DNA of 64,000 nucleotides, from contig CAWELD010000003.1 in assembly GCA_963809895.1 (NCBI GenBank), positions 1,216,001-1,280,000 on the forward strand, read 5' to 3'. The stretch is from an uncultured Gemmatimonadales bacterium. Its GTDB lineage: Bacteria; Gemmatimonadota; Gemmatimonadetes; Longimicrobiales; Gaopeijiaceae. Under the pieces are notes generated by a model, which was given only the letters and a program-made list of their open reading frames with translations, ran no database searches and was not told the origin of the DNA. Positions 50,372 to 61,259 of the stretch are shown here, in pieces (the stretch's first letter is position 1; the number at the start of each line of letters is the position of its first letter). The position numbers and the translations under genes were made by a program.

Positions 50372-51036
50372 CGTAGCATCACGCCCGCCAGGAGCCCCGC
50401 GCCGAGCCCCAGGCCGAAGAGGAGAAGGCGCCGTGACTGCGGAGCCTCGCCTCGCACCAGAATCCCCAGCGACACGAAGCCCCCCAGCAGCAGCAGGGCC
50501 CGGGTTTCCGGAACACCCAGGGGCCAGCCCGGGGCAAGGTGCGGCGCCAGCAGGGCTCCGAGCGCGAGCCCCACCGCCGTCATGACGCAGCCCCTCAATC
50601 CGTCCAGGCCCAGCGACAGCAGGTGGGCGCGGACCACGCGCCGCGCCGTGACCGGGTCCTCGCCCGGTACGGGGACGAGGCGAGCCGTCACGCGCCGCTG
50701 CAGGGATTGGCTGAGTGAGCACACCTGGCCCCACACCAATCCCCCGGCCACACCCAGCGCGAGCCCCTCGGAGCCTCCGATGGCCGCCGCCACCGCCGCG
50801 CCCACCACGGTGGCTGGACCGGGCTCGGGAAAGCGCGCGCCTCCGGTGGGTACCGCCACCAGGAGATAGAGCTCCAGGACGGCCCCCACCGCCCCGCCCG
50901 CCACCGGATTGCCGGCCACCCAGCCTGCGACCAGACCCGCCACCAGGGGCCGGGAGACCATGAACTGCCCCACGGTGACCCCGTCCATGGCCACGATCCC
51001 TCCGAGGAGGATCAGGACCAGCGTGGTGGCGCTCAC
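50368..51036 (-). CDS. PTS mannose-family IIC
   Basis: GQFMVSRPLVAG, GAVLEL, PTGGA; hydrophobic. Confidence 0.85.
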   Translation of the reverse strand: MSATTLVLILLGGIVAMDGVTVGQFMVSRPLVAGLVAGWVAGNPVAGGAVGAVLELYLLVAVPTGGARFPEPGPATVVGAAVAAAIGGSEGLALGVAGGLVWGQVCSLSQSLQRRVTARLVPVPGEDPVTARRVVRAHLLSLGLDGLRGCVMTAVGLALGALLAPHLAPGWPLGVPETRALLLLGGFVSLGILVRGEAPQSRRLLLFGLGLGAGLLAGVMLR

Positions 51037-51515
51037 GAGCTCAGGAGCGCATCGAGTCCCACGCGTGTGCTGTCGGGCAGCTCCCGCCCCATGACGCGCA
51101 CCCCCAGCTCGGCCAGGCGTCGAAGGTCGTCGCGCTCGGCCTCGCCCAGGTGCAGATACGAGCGCACCGCCGTGCGACCCGGGGCGTGGTGAATCCCGCC
51201 GAGGTTGACCTCCTCGCCCTCGAGCCCGCCCCCCTCGGCCAACTCGACCATGCCGGCCAGTCGGCGGGTGAGGAGGACCGTGCGCACCGGGTCCCGGCGC
51301 CACTCGTCCAGTCGCCCCCGGGCCTCTGCGATGGTGGCGAACTCGGCCTCGGCGTCCTCGCCCAGGGTCAGCTGGTAGAGCTCCTGCTCCCAGTCACTGT
51401 GGGCCAACTCGTCGTCCGCGACGACGTAGCGCGCCGGATGGAGACGACTACCCCACCCCACCACGACCTGGCCGTGGAGGAGACGCTCGTCAACGCGATA
51501 CAGGACGATCGGCAT
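51033..51515 (-). CDS. PTS mannose-family IIB
   Basis: RVDERLLHGQVVVGW, VNLGG. Confidence 0.9.
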   Translation of the reverse strand: MPIVLYRVDERLLHGQVVVGWGSRLHPARYVVADDELAHSDWEQELYQLTLGEDAEAEFATIAEARGRLDEWRRDPVRTVLLTRRLAGMVELAEGGGLEGEEVNLGGIHHAPGRTAVRSYLHLGEAERDDLRRLAELGVRVMGRELPDSTRVGLDALLSS

Positions 51516-51912
51516 CGGTGGTGGGAGAGGTCAGAAGGCGCACACCGTCCCGGCCCTTGGTGACCAGCCGCTGGGCGAGCTCGTCCAGGTCGAGGGTGCG
51601 GTGGAAGACGAAGTCGAGGAGCATGGGCAGATTGACGCCCGTGATGACGGCGACGCGCCGACGGTCGCGACACGAGAGCCTCGCCGCAAGGGTGCAACTG
51701 CCGGCGCCCAGGTCCGTCAGCACCACCGTGGGGTCGTCGTCGAGCATTGCCAGGATCTCGGCGCGCAGCTCCTCGGGCCCCTTCCCCTCGTTGGAGACGG
51801 GCACGAGCGCGTCGTCTTCGGCGCCGGAGATGCGGCGCACGGCGTCGACCATCCCCTGGGCCATGGCACCGTGGGTCACCAAGATGCCCCGCACCGGCAC
51901 GCCCTCACTCAT
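51490..51912 (-). CDS. PTS mannose-family IIA
   Basis: ILVTHG, LTDLGAGS, TGVNLPMLL. Confidence 0.9.
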   Translation of the reverse strand: MSEGVPVRGILVTHGAMAQGMVDAVRRISGAEDDALVPVSNEGKGPEELRAEILAMLDDDPTVVLTDLGAGSCTLAARLSCRDRRRVAVITGVNLPMLLDFVFHRTLDLDELAQRLVTKGRDGVRLLTSPTTDADRPVSR

Positions 51913-52894
51913 AGTCCTGCTCCAGGTATTCCTCCACGGGCCGCATGGCATCGCGCAGATGCCGGTCGAAGGTGCCCGCGGCGTCCACCCCCGAATAACG
52001 GAGCAGGTGGTTCATGGCCACGACCTCGGAGATCACCGTGATGTTCTTGCCGGGATTCAGCGGAACCGTCACGCGAGGAATCTCCACCCCCAGGATGTCG
52101 GCGGAGTCCTCGTCCAGCCCCGTCCTGGTGTACTCGCCGGCCTCCTCCCAGTGCTCGAGCTGCACCACCACCTCGATGCGCTTCTGCTGGCGGATGGCCC
52201 GAATCCCGAACATCGCACGGATGTCGATGATGCCGATGCCCCGGATCTCCATGTGGTGGCGCTGCAGCGGGTGACCCTTGCCGATGAGGACGTCGTTGCC
52301 TCGACGGTTGACCAGCACCAGGTCGTCGGCGACGAGTCGATGTCCGCGCTCGACGAGATCGAGGACGCATTCGCTCTTCCCCACCCCGGACTTGCCCACG
52401 AACAGGAGCCCCACGCCGTACACGTCCGCCAGCGATCCGTGCAACGTCGTGGCCGGCGCCAGCACGGCCTCCAGATAGGGTTTGACGCGCCGGTAGAACT
52501 CCTTGGTGCTGAGCTGTGAGCGCAGCACCGGAACGCCCTGGGCGTTGGCGAGCTCCGCGAAGACCGCCGGAACCTCCTGCCCCTTCGTCACGAACACCGC
52601 CGGGATCTCGAACTGGAAGAGCCCGGCCAATCTGGCCTCCGTGTCCTCCTCGGACAGCGAGGCCAGATAGGTCATCTCCGTTTCGCCGAATACCTGCATG
52701 CGGCCGCCGGGAAAGCGGCGCGTGTAGCCGGCCAGGGCGAGCCCCGGCGACGAGATGTCGGCGTCCGCGACCGCGCGGTCCAACCCTGCCTCGCCCGTCA
52801 CCACCTCGAGCTGCAGCGACGCCCCCTTGGTGTCCAGGACGTCGCGCACGGTAATGATACGATCGCCGAAGGTGGTGGGGCCCGGGGTGGACAT
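51905..52894 (-). CDS. hprK: HPr kinase/phosphorylase
   Basis: GKSGVGKSE, GHRLVADD, MEIRGIGII. Confidence 0.95.
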   Translation of the reverse strand: MSTPGPTTFGDRIITVRDVLDTKGASLQLEVVTGEAGLDRAVADADISSPGLALAGYTRRFPGGRMQVFGETEMTYLASLSEEDTEARLAGLFQFEIPAVFVTKGQEVPAVFAELANAQGVPVLRSQLSTKEFYRRVKPYLEAVLAPATTLHGSLADVYGVGLLFVGKSGVGKSECVLDLVERGHRLVADDLVLVNRRGNDVLIGKGHPLQRHHMEIRGIGIIDIRAMFGIRAIRQQKRIEVVVQLEHWEEAGEYTRTGLDEDSADILGVEIPRVTVPLNPGKNITVISEVVAMNHLLRYSGVDAAGTFDRHLRDAMRPVEEYLEQDYE

Positions 52895-52906
52895 GGTCGG
52901 CGGGGG

Positions 52907-53233
52907 CTACTCGCCCGCCAGCTCCTCGGCGAGGGAGGGCGCCTGGTGATCGCGCACCTGAGAGCGGCGACGACGCAGGATCTTGCGCAGCCGGTCCACG
53001 AGTTGGTCCACGGCACCCGGAAAGTCCGAGCCCTCCCCGTGGGCCACCACCGGGTCGTCGCGATCGATGGACAGGATGGCTTCGACCTTACGCTGATGTC
53101 GCTCTTCCTCGAACACCACGTCCGCGGCCGAAACCCGCGGATCGTACTTCTGCAATTTGAGAACGAGTGCCTCGGTACGATCCCGAAGCGCGTCGGAGAT
53201 CTCACAGCGTCGTGCCGTGATCTGGACTCTCAT
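52907..53233 (-). CDS. hpf: Ribosome hibernation factor (HPF/RaiA)
   Basis: MRVQITARRCEISDALR, AVDQLVDRLRKILRR; upstream of hprK. Confidence 0.85.
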   Translation of the reverse strand: MRVQITARRCEISDALRDRTEALVLKLQKYDPRVSAADVVFEEERHQRKVEAILSIDRDDPVVAHGEGSDFPGAVDQLVDRLRKILRRRRSQVRDHQAPSLAEELAGE

Positions 53234-53270
53234 GGAGCCTCCAAGAGGGAACGGAAGGGTCATATCAAAG

Positions 53271-54395
53271 CTAGTTTCGGGAGGGTGCCTCGGCTACCCG
53301 GTTCCGCAGCATCGCCTCGACCCGCCGCGCCGACGACTCCCAGGTGAACCCCTCCGCAAAGGCGCGGGCGGCATCTCCCATGCGGCTTCGCAGATCCGGG
53401 TCGCGGAGCAGCGCCTCCAACCTGTCCGCCAGCGCCTCCACGTCGCCATGAGGGACGAGGAACCCGGTCTGTCCGTCCACCACCGAGTCGCGCAGACCCT
53501 CCGAGTCGCTGGCGACGGTAGGCGTGCCGCGGGCGGCGGCTTCGAGGTTGGTGATGCCCCAGCCCTCCTTGGGCGAGGTGAGAACGTGTACCCAGCTGCG
53601 GCCCAACAACTCCTCCTTGTCGGCCTCGGACACGAAGCCCAGGAACTCCACGGCGTCCTCGATCCCCAGTCGGCTCACCAGGGCGCGCAGGCGGCCCGCG
53701 TCGTGACCCTTCCCGGCCACGCGCAGGTGGACCTGGAGGCCCCGGGCCCTGATGCGGGCGACGGCGCGCAGCACGAGGTCCACCCGCTTGTAGCGCTGCA
53801 AGCGGCCCAGATAGAGGACGGTCGGATCCGGGAACCGTCGCTCGGGGGGAGGCGACGCCAGCAGCCCGGGCGCCACGCCGTTGGGGATGACCTCGATATC
53901 CCCGGCTCGCAGGCCCCGCCTCGCCAGGTCGCGACGCGTGCTCTCGGACACCGCGATGGTCGGCAGGCCCCGATACAGAGGCGGGATGGTCAGCTCCAGG
54001 AGCCACGTGGCGAGGGCGATGGGGAACGCCGCTTCCTGGAAGGCCACACGCCCGAAGAGGTGGTGCACCAGCGGCACCACCGGCGCCAGCCCCCAGCGCG
54101 GCGTGAAGAGGGGGACCTTGTTGAGATCCTCCACCAGTACGTCGAAGGGGGGCTCGGCGAGTCGGCCACGGGCATACGAGCGCGCCTGCAGAAAGAAGGT
54201 GTGGCGCCCGCCCACCCGATGCACCTCGATCCCGTCGAGACGCGCCCTCCGCGGAAGACCGGGCGCCCCCGAGCAGAGGAGGGCGACCTCGTGTCCCCAC
54301 CCTGCCAGTCGACCGAAGATCTCGTGCAGGTGGGTCTCCGCACCCCCGGCGCGAGGATTGTCACGGTCCTGCCAGTTCACGACGAGGATGCGCAA
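53271..54395 (-). CDS. Glycosyltransferase family 4
   Basis: AGGAETH, LGRLQRYKR, EGWGITNLEAAARGTP. Confidence 0.9.
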   Translation of the reverse strand: MRILVVNWQDRDNPRAGGAETHLHEIFGRLAGWGHEVALLCSGAPGLPRRARLDGIEVHRVGGRHTFFLQARSYARGRLAEPPFDVLVEDLNKVPLFTPRWGLAPVVPLVHHLFGRVAFQEAAFPIALATWLLELTIPPLYRGLPTIAVSESTRRDLARRGLRAGDIEVIPNGVAPGLLASPPPERRFPDPTVLYLGRLQRYKRVDLVLRAVARIRARGLQVHLRVAGKGHDAGRLRALVSRLGIEDAVEFLGFVSEADKEELLGRSWVHVLTSPKEGWGITNLEAAARGTPTVASDSEGLRDSVVDGQTGFLVPHGDVEALADRLEALLRDPDLRSRMGDAARAFAEGFTWESSARRVEAMLRNRVAEAPSRN

Positions 54396-54404
54396 GAGCG
54401 GCTC

Positions 54405-54854
54405 CTAACCCAGCTCCGCCATCGCGCGCTTGTACAGGGCGTCCAGCACGCCGTTGACGAAGCGGGGAGACTCGTCGCCACCGTACGCCTCGGCCAGGCG
54501 CACGGCCTCCTGAAGCGAGACCTTGGGGGGCACGTCCTCCATGAAGAGGATCTCGGCAGCTGCGATGCGGAGCAGCCCGCGGTCGATGACCGACAGGCGG
54601 TCCAGTCTCCAGTTGTCCAGCGCGTCCTGGACGCGCGCGTCGATCTCCTGGAGGTGGGTGTCCACCGTGTCGAGGAGCGCCCGCACGTAGGGCAGTCGCC
54701 TGGGTGAGATCCTCCGGGTCGCCATGGTCTCGACCAGCGCATCGCGCAGGTTTCGGCCACCGCTGCTGAGCTCCCAGCGGTAGAGGATCTGCAGCGCCCA
54801 CGCCCGTGCGCGGCTGCGATCGATGCGTTCCCGGTGCGACGCGAAGCCCGTCAT
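54405..54854 (-). CDS. nusB: Transcription antitermination factor NusB
   Basis: RARAWALQILY, NWRLDRL..IDR..LR, EAVRLAEAYG, FVNGVLD. Confidence 0.93.
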   Translation of the reverse strand: MTGFASHRERIDRSRARAWALQILYRWELSSGGRNLRDALVETMATRRISPRRLPYVRALLDTVDTHLQEIDARVQDALDNWRLDRLSVIDRGLLRIAAAEILFMEDVPPKVSLQEAVRLAEAYGGDESPRFVNGVLDALYKRAMAELG

Positions 54855-55336
54855 GGAATCTCCCGGTAGAGCAGCGCCATCTCCAGCGCCGCCAGCGCTG
54901 CTTCGCGGCCCTTGTCCTGTCCCTTGGGATCGGCCCGTTCCAACGCCTGCTCCTCGGTGTCCGTGGTGAGCACGCCCAGGATGACCGGCACTCCGAACTC
55001 CCGCGCCACGGCCCCCAGGCCCCGGGCGGCCTCGCCCGCCACGAAATCGAAGTGCGGTGTCTCGCCGCGGATCACACATCCCAGGGCCACGATGGCGTCG
55101 TGCCGACCGGCCCGGGCCAATCGCCCCGCGACCTGCGGAAGCTCCCACGCGCCGGGCACCCGGACCACCTCCACGTCGTCGTCCGCCACGCCGTGCTCCC
55201 GGAGCCCCGCCAGACACCGGTCCAGGAGCCGCCCGGTCACGTGCCCGTGAAAGCGGGCCGCGACCACGGCCAGCCGCAGGCCTTCTCCGTCCATCCGGCC
55301 CTCGAGGACGTCCGTGTACGAGCCGCCACCGCTCAC
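54851..55336 (-). CDS. ribH: 6,7-dimethyl-8-ribityllumazine synthase
   Basis: [23 protein letters not shown]. Confidence 0.95.
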   Translation of the reverse strand: MSGGGSYTDVLEGRMDGEGLRLAVVAARFHGHVTGRLLDRCLAGLREHGVADDDVEVVRVPGAWELPQVAGRLARAGRHDAIVALGCVIRGETPHFDFVAGEAARGLGAVAREFGVPVILGVLTTDTEEQALERADPKGQDKGREAALAALEMALLYREIP

Positions 55337-56556
55337 AGCATGTGTCCCAGCTTGGCGCGCTTGGTCTCCAGGTAGCGCTCGTTGTGCGTACCGGGCTCCA
55401 CCCGGAGGGGCTCGCGACCGGTGATCTCCAGGTCGTAGCCGTCGAGGCCCACGATCTTGCGCGGATTGTTGGTCAGGATCCGGATCGTGCGCAGCCCCAG
55501 GTCCAGGAGGATCTGCGCCCCGATGCCGTAATCCCTCAGGTCCGGCTTGAACCCCAGGGTCTCGTTGGCCTGCACCGTGTCCTGGCCCTCGTCCTGGAGC
55601 GCGTACGCGCGGATCTTGTTGCCCAGCCCGATGCCCCGGCCCTCCTGGCGCAGGTAGACCAGGGCGCCCTGCTCTTCGCGGGCGATGCGCTGCAGGGCCA
55701 GGTCGAGCTGCTCCCCGCAGTCACAGCGCATGGAGCCGAAGACGTCGCCGGTGAGGCACTCGGAATGCATGCGCACGAGCACGTTCTCCTGGCCCGCGAT
55801 CTCTCCCCGGATCAGCGCCAGGTGCTCCCGGCCGTCGATGATGCTCGTGTACGCGATGACGCGGAAGTCACCGAAGCGGGTGGGGAGCTCCGCCTCGGCG
55901 ATGCGCTTCACCAGCCGCTCGTGGGCCAGACGATACGCCACCAGCTGCGCCACCGTGATGAACCGGAGCCCGTGCTCCCGGGCGAAGACCTCGAGCTCGG
56001 GACGGCGCGCCATGGTGCCGTCGTCCTTGAGGATCTCGCAGATGACACCGGCAGGCTTGAAGCCCGCCAGGCGCGCCAGGTCCACGGCCGCCTCGGTCTG
56101 GCCGACCCGCCGCAGCACTCCGCCCCGCTTGGCCCGCAGCGGGAAGATGTGCCCGGGCCGGCGCAGGTCTTCGGGCGTCGTCGCCTCGTCCACCAGGACG
56201 CGGATGGTCTCGGCGCGGTCGTGGGCGCTGATTCCCGTGGTGACGCCGAAGCGCACGTGTGCGTCCACGGAGATGGTGAAGGCGGTGCCCTGGGGGTCGG
56301 TGTTGTGCTCGATCATGGGCGGGAGATCGAGCTCGTCGGCCCGCTCCGGACTCAGGGCGGCGCAGATCAGGCCCCGCCCGTGCTTCGTCATGAAGTTGAT
56401 GATGTCCGGGGTCACCGCTTCGGCGGCGCACACCAGGTCACCTTCGTTCTCCCGGTCTTCGTCGTCGGCCACGATGACCATACGGCCCCGGCGGATGTCT
56501 TCCAGGGCGTCTTCGACGCGATCGAAGGGCATGAAACGCTCGTCCTCTCTCGGCAT
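55333..56556 (-). CDS. ribBA: Bifunctional DHBP synthase/GTP cyclohydrolase II
   Basis: [38 protein letters not shown]. Confidence 0.95.
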   Translation of the reverse strand: MPREDERFMPFDRVEDALEDIRRGRMVIVADDEDRENEGDLVCAAEAVTPDIINFMTKHGRGLICAALSPERADELDLPPMIEHNTDPQGTAFTISVDAHVRFGVTTGISAHDRAETIRVLVDEATTPEDLRRPGHIFPLRAKRGGVLRRVGQTEAAVDLARLAGFKPAGVICEILKDDGTMARRPELEVFAREHGLRFITVAQLVAYRLAHERLVKRIAEAELPTRFGDFRVIAYTSIIDGREHLALIRGEIAGQENVLVRMHSECLTGDVFGSMRCDCGEQLDLALQRIAREEQGALVYLRQEGRGIGLGNKIRAYALQDEGQDTVQANETLGFKPDLRDYGIGAQILLDLGLRTIRILTNNPRKIVGLDGYDLEITGREPLRVEPGTHNERYLETKRAKLGHML

Positions 56557-57179
56557 CAGGTCCCGGCCCCGGGATTCCCCGAGGCTCGGGCTGCGAGAAT
56601 CCTACCCACGTACTTTCCCAGCAGGTCCCCTTCCACGTTCACCGCGTCACCGGGCTGCAGGTCGCTGAAGTTCGTGTGCGTCCAGGTGTGGGGGATGATG
56701 GCGACCTGGACCAGCCCCGGTTCCGGAAGGTGGTTGACGGTCAGGCTGACCCCGTTGAGCGCGATGGACCCGTGCAGGATGGTGAGCTCGTCCACGTCAC
56801 GGGGGATACGAAAGGTCAGGAAGCGGGTCTCACCCAGGTCCTCCAGCGACTCCAGGCGGCCCAGGCCGTCGACGTGGCCCTGCACCATGTGGCCGTCGAG
56901 ACGGTCCCCGAGGGCGAGAGCACGCTCCAGGTTCACCCGCGCGCCCGGCGCGTAGCGGGATGCCACCGTCCGCGAGAGGGTGGACAGCACGACATCCACC
57001 TCGAACCCCCGGGAGTCCACCGCCACCGGTGTCAGGCACGCACCGTCCACGGCCACCGACTGGCCCGGCGTGAGGTCGTCGAGAATGGTCCCGGGCGCCT
57101 CGATGCGTATGCGCCGCGCGCCATCCAGGTCGTCCACGCGGGCCACGGTCCCCGTGGCTTCGACGATTCCTGTGAACAT
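56556..57179 (-). CDS. ribE: Riboflavin synthase
   Basis: [31 protein letters not shown]. Confidence 0.95.
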   Translation of the reverse strand: MFTGIVEATGTVARVDDLDGARRIRIEAPGTILDDLTPGQSVAVDGACLTPVAVDSRGFEVDVVLSTLSRTVASRYAPGARVNLERALALGDRLDGHMVQGHVDGLGRLESLEDLGETRFLTFRIPRDVDELTILHGSIALNGVSLTVNHLPEPGLVQVAIIPHTWTHTNFSDLQPGDAVNVEGDLLGKYVGRILAARASGNPGAGT

Positions 57180-58300
57180 CAGGCTTCCTCCGGCCGGTCG
57201 AAGACCAGCATGGTGTCCTCACCCAGACGGCGAGGCTCACCGGTGAGAGACCAGCCCACACCGCCCGGCGTGCCGGCCAGCCCGGGAAAGGCCTCCACGC
57301 CCCCCGCGCCCAGGAGCCGCGGCGCCAGGAGCACAATCAGCCGACGTGCGAGCCCCGACCGCAGGAAGGCCGATGCCGTCTGCCCGCCTCCCTCGCAGAG
57401 AAGCGAGCGCAGGCCCGCCTCCCAGGTCACCCCGAGAACGGCGTCGAGGTCCACGCCCTCACCCCCTTCCGCCGGCGGCACGGGATGCACCACGGCACCA
57501 GCCGCCTCCAGTCGCTCCAACTCGCTCTCCGACGTGTCGTGGCGCACGAAGACCCACACCGGGGGTGCGTCGCGGTCCCGGAGCATGCGCGCGTCGGACC
57601 CGAGGCGCGCACGCCCGTCGAGCACGATACGCACCGGATGGCGACGCATGGCGACATCCTCCCGGACGGTGAGCAGAGGGTCGTCCACCACCGCGGTCGT
57701 GCCCCCCACCACGAGCCCGTCGAACCCCGCCCTCAGCCGGTGCACCTCGCGTCGGGCCTCGCCGCCCGTGAGGAGGGTGCGCCGACCCGGCGCTTCGGCC
57801 AGGCGGGCATCCAGAGAGATCGCCAGCTTCACCGCCACGAACGGGGTCTGGCGTCCATGCACGTGGAAGAACGCGGGATTCTCACGCCAGGCGTCCGCCA
57901 CCGTCAGCGCGGGACCCACCACCTCCAACCCCGCGGCGCGCAGCACCTCCCCTCCCCCGCCCGACTCCGCGCCGGGATCCGCCGCCCCGTAGACGACGCG
58001 CACGATGCCCGCCTGCCGGAGCGCCGCGGTACAGGCCGGCGTCTTGCCCTCGTGGCGGCACGGCTCGAGGCTCACGTAGGCCGTCGCGCCCCGGGCCCGG
58101 TCGCCGGCCTGCTCCAGCGCCCGCACCTCGGCGTGGGGGCCCCCGAACACCTCGTGCCAGCCCTCGGCGATGGTCTCGCCGTCCCGGACCAGCACACAGC
58201 CCACCATGGGATTCGGCTGCACCTTGCCCCAACCCCTGCGTCCCAGCTCCACGGCGCGCTGGAGGTAGCGGCGGTCCTCGGTGCCCAGGGGCTGACGCAT
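57179..58300 (-). CDS. ribD: Riboflavin biosynthesis deaminase/reductase
   Basis: PNPMVGCV, HAEV, SLEPCRH..TPAC, DDPLLTVR, EGGG. Confidence 0.95.
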   Translation of the reverse strand: MRQPLGTEDRRYLQRAVELGRRGWGKVQPNPMVGCVLVRDGETIAEGWHEVFGGPHAEVRALEQAGDRARGATAYVSLEPCRHEGKTPACTAALRQAGIVRVVYGAADPGAESGGGGEVLRAAGLEVVGPALTVADAWRENPAFFHVHGRQTPFVAVKLAISLDARLAEAPGRRTLLTGGEARREVHRLRAGFDGLVVGGTTAVVDDPLLTVREDVAMRRHPVRIVLDGRARLGSDARMLRDRDAPPVWVFVRHDTSESELERLEAAGAVVHPVPPAEGGEGVDLDAVLGVTWEAGLRSLLCEGGGQTASAFLRSGLARRLIVLLAPRLLGAGGVEAFPGLAGTPGGVGWSLTGEPRRLGEDTMLVFDRPEEA

Positions 58301-58309
58301 CGCGGGGCG

Positions 58310-59281
58310 TCAGAAGATGGCGCGGAACGAAAGGGAGCCGAAGATGGATCCTCCCGAGGGATCGTAGTCCCCCGAGAAGCCATCCGGGCGCGCGTCGTAG
58401 CCGGTGGCGAATCCCCCCTCGGCCGTGGCCTGGAAGACCAGCCAGGTGCGCGTCAGAGCCCCGAAGACGAGGATGCGGTCGTCCCGCGCGCCGTCGTACT
58501 CCACGACCCGGACGGGGCCGGTGCTGGTCCCGAAGGTCCGCAGGCTGCCGTGGCCGTCCACGCGCTCCCAACCCATCCCCGCCAGGACGCCGAGCGCCAG
58601 GAATTCCTTGCCCACCGTGGCGCGCACCGAGGTCACCTTCAGACCTTCCACGGCCACCCCCGCGTCGCCCTCGTCACCGAAGTCGAAGCCGCCTCCGTGG
58701 CGGCGCGCCAGCGACAGGGTCACAGCGGGTAGCGTGAAGGACTCCCGGAGGATGCCCACGCGGGCCCCGTAGCCCCAGGCGCTGGTGGCGCCGTCGAAGC
58801 CGCTGCCGCCGGGGAGGAAGGCCACACCCCAGGTGCCCAGGAGGTCCACGGACAGGAATCCGCCCACCGTCGGCGCCAGGTGGAAGCCGTCGAACAGGCC
58901 CAGCGCCGCCTCGGCCTGAAGCGACGGCACCCAGTCGCCTTCGGAACCCGACAGGGCGCTCCCAGCGGCGGCGGGGTGATCGAACTGGACGAGGCCGAGG
59001 CGGCCCGCCAAGGCCCAGCGGGGCGTGGAGCCGAATCGGTGTCCGAGCGTCGAGGGCGAGCCTGGCAGCTCGCTGCCGCCACTGAGGGCCAGCGCCACCC
59101 CGCCCTGGAGCGCCGCCACGGCCAGCGCGCCCTGCAGACAGGTCGCTTCGGACGCGTCAGTGGCGGCCGCGCAGCGGGTCCGGATGCGATCCCGGGACTG
59201 GCCCCGTACCGGGACCGCCTGTGAAGCCAGCAGCGTCAGGGCGACGGCCGCCCCCCGCCGCGCGAGGATCAATCGTCCCAT
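58310..59281 (-). CDS. Hypothetical exported, probably outer-membrane protein
   Basis: Signal peptide, amphipathic beta-strands, terminal Phe; lies inside a co-oriented gene run. Confidence 0.65.
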   Translation of the reverse strand: MGRLILARRGAAVALTLLASQAVPVRGQSRDRIRTRCAAATDASEATCLQGALAVAALQGGVALALSGGSELPGSPSTLGHRFGSTPRWALAGRLGLVQFDHPAAAGSALSGSEGDWVPSLQAEAALGLFDGFHLAPTVGGFLSVDLLGTWGVAFLPGGSGFDGATSAWGYGARVGILRESFTLPAVTLSLARRHGGGFDFGDEGDAGVAVEGLKVTSVRATVGKEFLALGVLAGMGWERVDGHGSLRTFGTSTGPVRVVEYDGARDDRILVFGALTRTWLVFQATAEGGFATGYDARPDGFSGDYDPSGGSIFGSLSFRAIF

Positions 59282-60303
59282 CGCACACCGTCTCCCGGCT
59301 CCACGGAGCCCATTACCCACGGCTTCTCGCCCTCCTGCCGGAGGGCCCGACTCACTTCGTCCACGCGCTCCGCCGGCACCACCACGACCATCCCCACGCC
59401 CATGTTGAAGACCCGGTACATCTCGTCGCGTTCGACGCCGCCGGCCCGACCCAGGACGCGGAAGACCGGCGGTGGCGTCCAACTCCCCCGATCGACGCGC
59501 GCTCCCAGACCCGGAGGCAGAACGCGCGGGAGATTCCCCGGAACGCCGCCTCCGGTGATGTGGGCCAGGCCCCGGACGCGACCGGCATCCAGCAGCGGCG
59601 TCAGCGGGGTCAGGTAGCTGCGATGCACGTCCAGCAGCACGTCGCCCACCGAGCGCTCCAGCTCCGGAAACTCGTCGTCGACACGCAACCCCATGTGATC
59701 GAACACGATCCGGCGCGCCAGCGTGTATCCGTTGGTGTGCAGCCCGTTCGAGGCGAGGCCGAGGAGCACGTCGCCGTCCTGGATCCGGCTCCCGTCCAGA
59801 ATCCGCCCCCGAGGGACGAGTCCAACGATGAAGCCGGCCAGGTCGTACTCGTCGTCAGCGTAGAAATCGGGCATCTGAGCGGTCTCGCCCCCCAGGAGCG
59901 CGCATCCGTTCTCGCGGCAAGCCAGGGCCACGCCCGTGACCACCTCGGTGACCACCGACTCGTCCATGGCGCCCGTCGCCAGATAATCCAGGAAGAACAG
60001 GGGCCGCGCCCCCTGAACCAGGATGTCGTTGACGCAGTGGTTGACCAGGTCCTGCCCCACGCTGCGGTGCCGCCCTGCGAGGAAGGCCACCTTGAGCTTG
60101 GTGCCCACGCCGTCGGCGCTGGAGACCAGCACGGGGTCGGGCTCGTCGCCGGGCACGGCGTAGAGACCGCCGAACAGCCCCAGCTCCGAGAGCGTGTGCT
60201 CGTCGCGCGTCGAGGCGACGAGCTCCTTCAAGCGCTCCTTGGCCCGCTCGGCCGCATCGAGGTCGACACCGGCGTCTCGATAGCTCATGTGCGTGTCAGC
60301 CAC
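59269..60303 (-). CDS. purM: Phosphoribosylformylglycinamidine cyclo-ligase
   Basis: YRDAGVD, DGVGTK, GGETA, SNGLHTNGY, HITGGG, FNMGVG. Confidence 0.96.
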   Translation of the reverse strand: MADTHMSYRDAGVDLDAAERAKERLKELVASTRDEHTLSELGLFGGLYAVPGDEPDPVLVSSADGVGTKLKVAFLAGRHRSVGQDLVNHCVNDILVQGARPLFFLDYLATGAMDESVVTEVVTGVALACRENGCALLGGETAQMPDFYADDEYDLAGFIVGLVPRGRILDGSRIQDGDVLLGLASNGLHTNGYTLARRIVFDHMGLRVDDEFPELERSVGDVLLDVHRSYLTPLTPLLDAGRVRGLAHITGGGVPGNLPRVLPPGLGARVDRGSWTPPPVFRVLGRAGGVERDEMYRVFNMGVGMVVVVPAERVDEVSRALRQEGEKPWVMGSVEPGDGVRWDD

Positions 60304-61228
60304 GGCCGTTCTCTCCGATCTCGTGCTCGAACGAAGTCATGTCCCGGAATTCCTCGACGCGCTCGGCCACCTCCAGGGGCGACAGCTCCCGGAAGCGGTC
60401 CACGCTGAAGCGCTCCACCGCGTAGGAGCCCGTGGCGGATCCGTAGACCATGGCGCGACGCAGCGCCTCCCGGTCGTGGTCCGACTCGCCGGCCAGGCAT
60501 CCCAGGAAACCGCCGGCGAAGGCGTCGCCCGCACCGGTGGGGTCGAAGACCACCTCCAGGGGATAGCCCGGGGTGAAGAAGATCCAGTCCGGGGCGTAGA
60601 GGATCGCGCCGTGCTCCCCCTTCTTCACCACCACGTGCGAGGGACCCCGCTCCTGGATCCAGCGCGCGGCCTTGAGCAGGTTGGGCTCGTCGGCGAGCTG
60701 ACGGGCCTCGGCGTCGTTGACCATGAGGATGTCCACGTGCTCGATGACCCTGAGCAGGGCATCGCGACTGCCTTGCTCGATCCAGTAGTTCATGGTGTCG
60801 CAGGCCACCAGCCTGGGCGCCCGGACCTGCTCCAGCACGTCGAGCTGCAACACCGGGTCGATGTTTCCGAGAAAGACGATGTCGGCGTCGCGAAAGGACT
60901 CGGGAATGTGGGGATGGAAGTCGGCGAAGACCCCGAGCCGCGTCCAGATGGTGTCCCGGCTGTTCAGATCGTAGTGGTAGCGGCCCATCCAGGAGAAGCT
61001 GTCACCCTGGGCCTGCTCGATCCCCGACAGGTCCACCCCCCTGGCCGACAGAAAGGCCAGATCGTCCATGGGGTAGTCCTGGCCCACCACGCCCACCACC
61101 TGGACCGAGCCGAACAGGCTGGCGGCGGCGGCGAAGTAGTTGGCGGAACCTCCGAGCACCCGTTCGGCCTTGCCGAAGGGCGTCTCCACCGTGTCGAGGG
61201 CCACGCTCCCAACGACGAGTATGGACAT
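60296..61228 (-). CDS. PfkB-family carbohydrate/nucleoside kinase
   Basis: GGSANY, KKGEHG, DPTGAGDAFAGG. Confidence 0.92.
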   Translation of the reverse strand: MSILVVGSVALDTVETPFGKAERVLGGSANYFAAAASLFGSVQVVGVVGQDYPMDDLAFLSARGVDLSGIEQAQGDSFSWMGRYHYDLNSRDTIWTRLGVFADFHPHIPESFRDADIVFLGNIDPVLQLDVLEQVRAPRLVACDTMNYWIEQGSRDALLRVIEHVDILMVNDAEARQLADEPNLLKAARWIQERGPSHVVVKKGEHGAILYAPDWIFFTPGYPLEVVFDPTGAGDAFAGGFLGCLAGESDHDREALRRAMVYGSATGSYAVERFSVDRFRELSPLEVAERVEEFRDMTSFEHEIGENGRG

Positions 61229-61259
61229 GTCGATTCGGTACCTTGTCAGGACGAAGGCG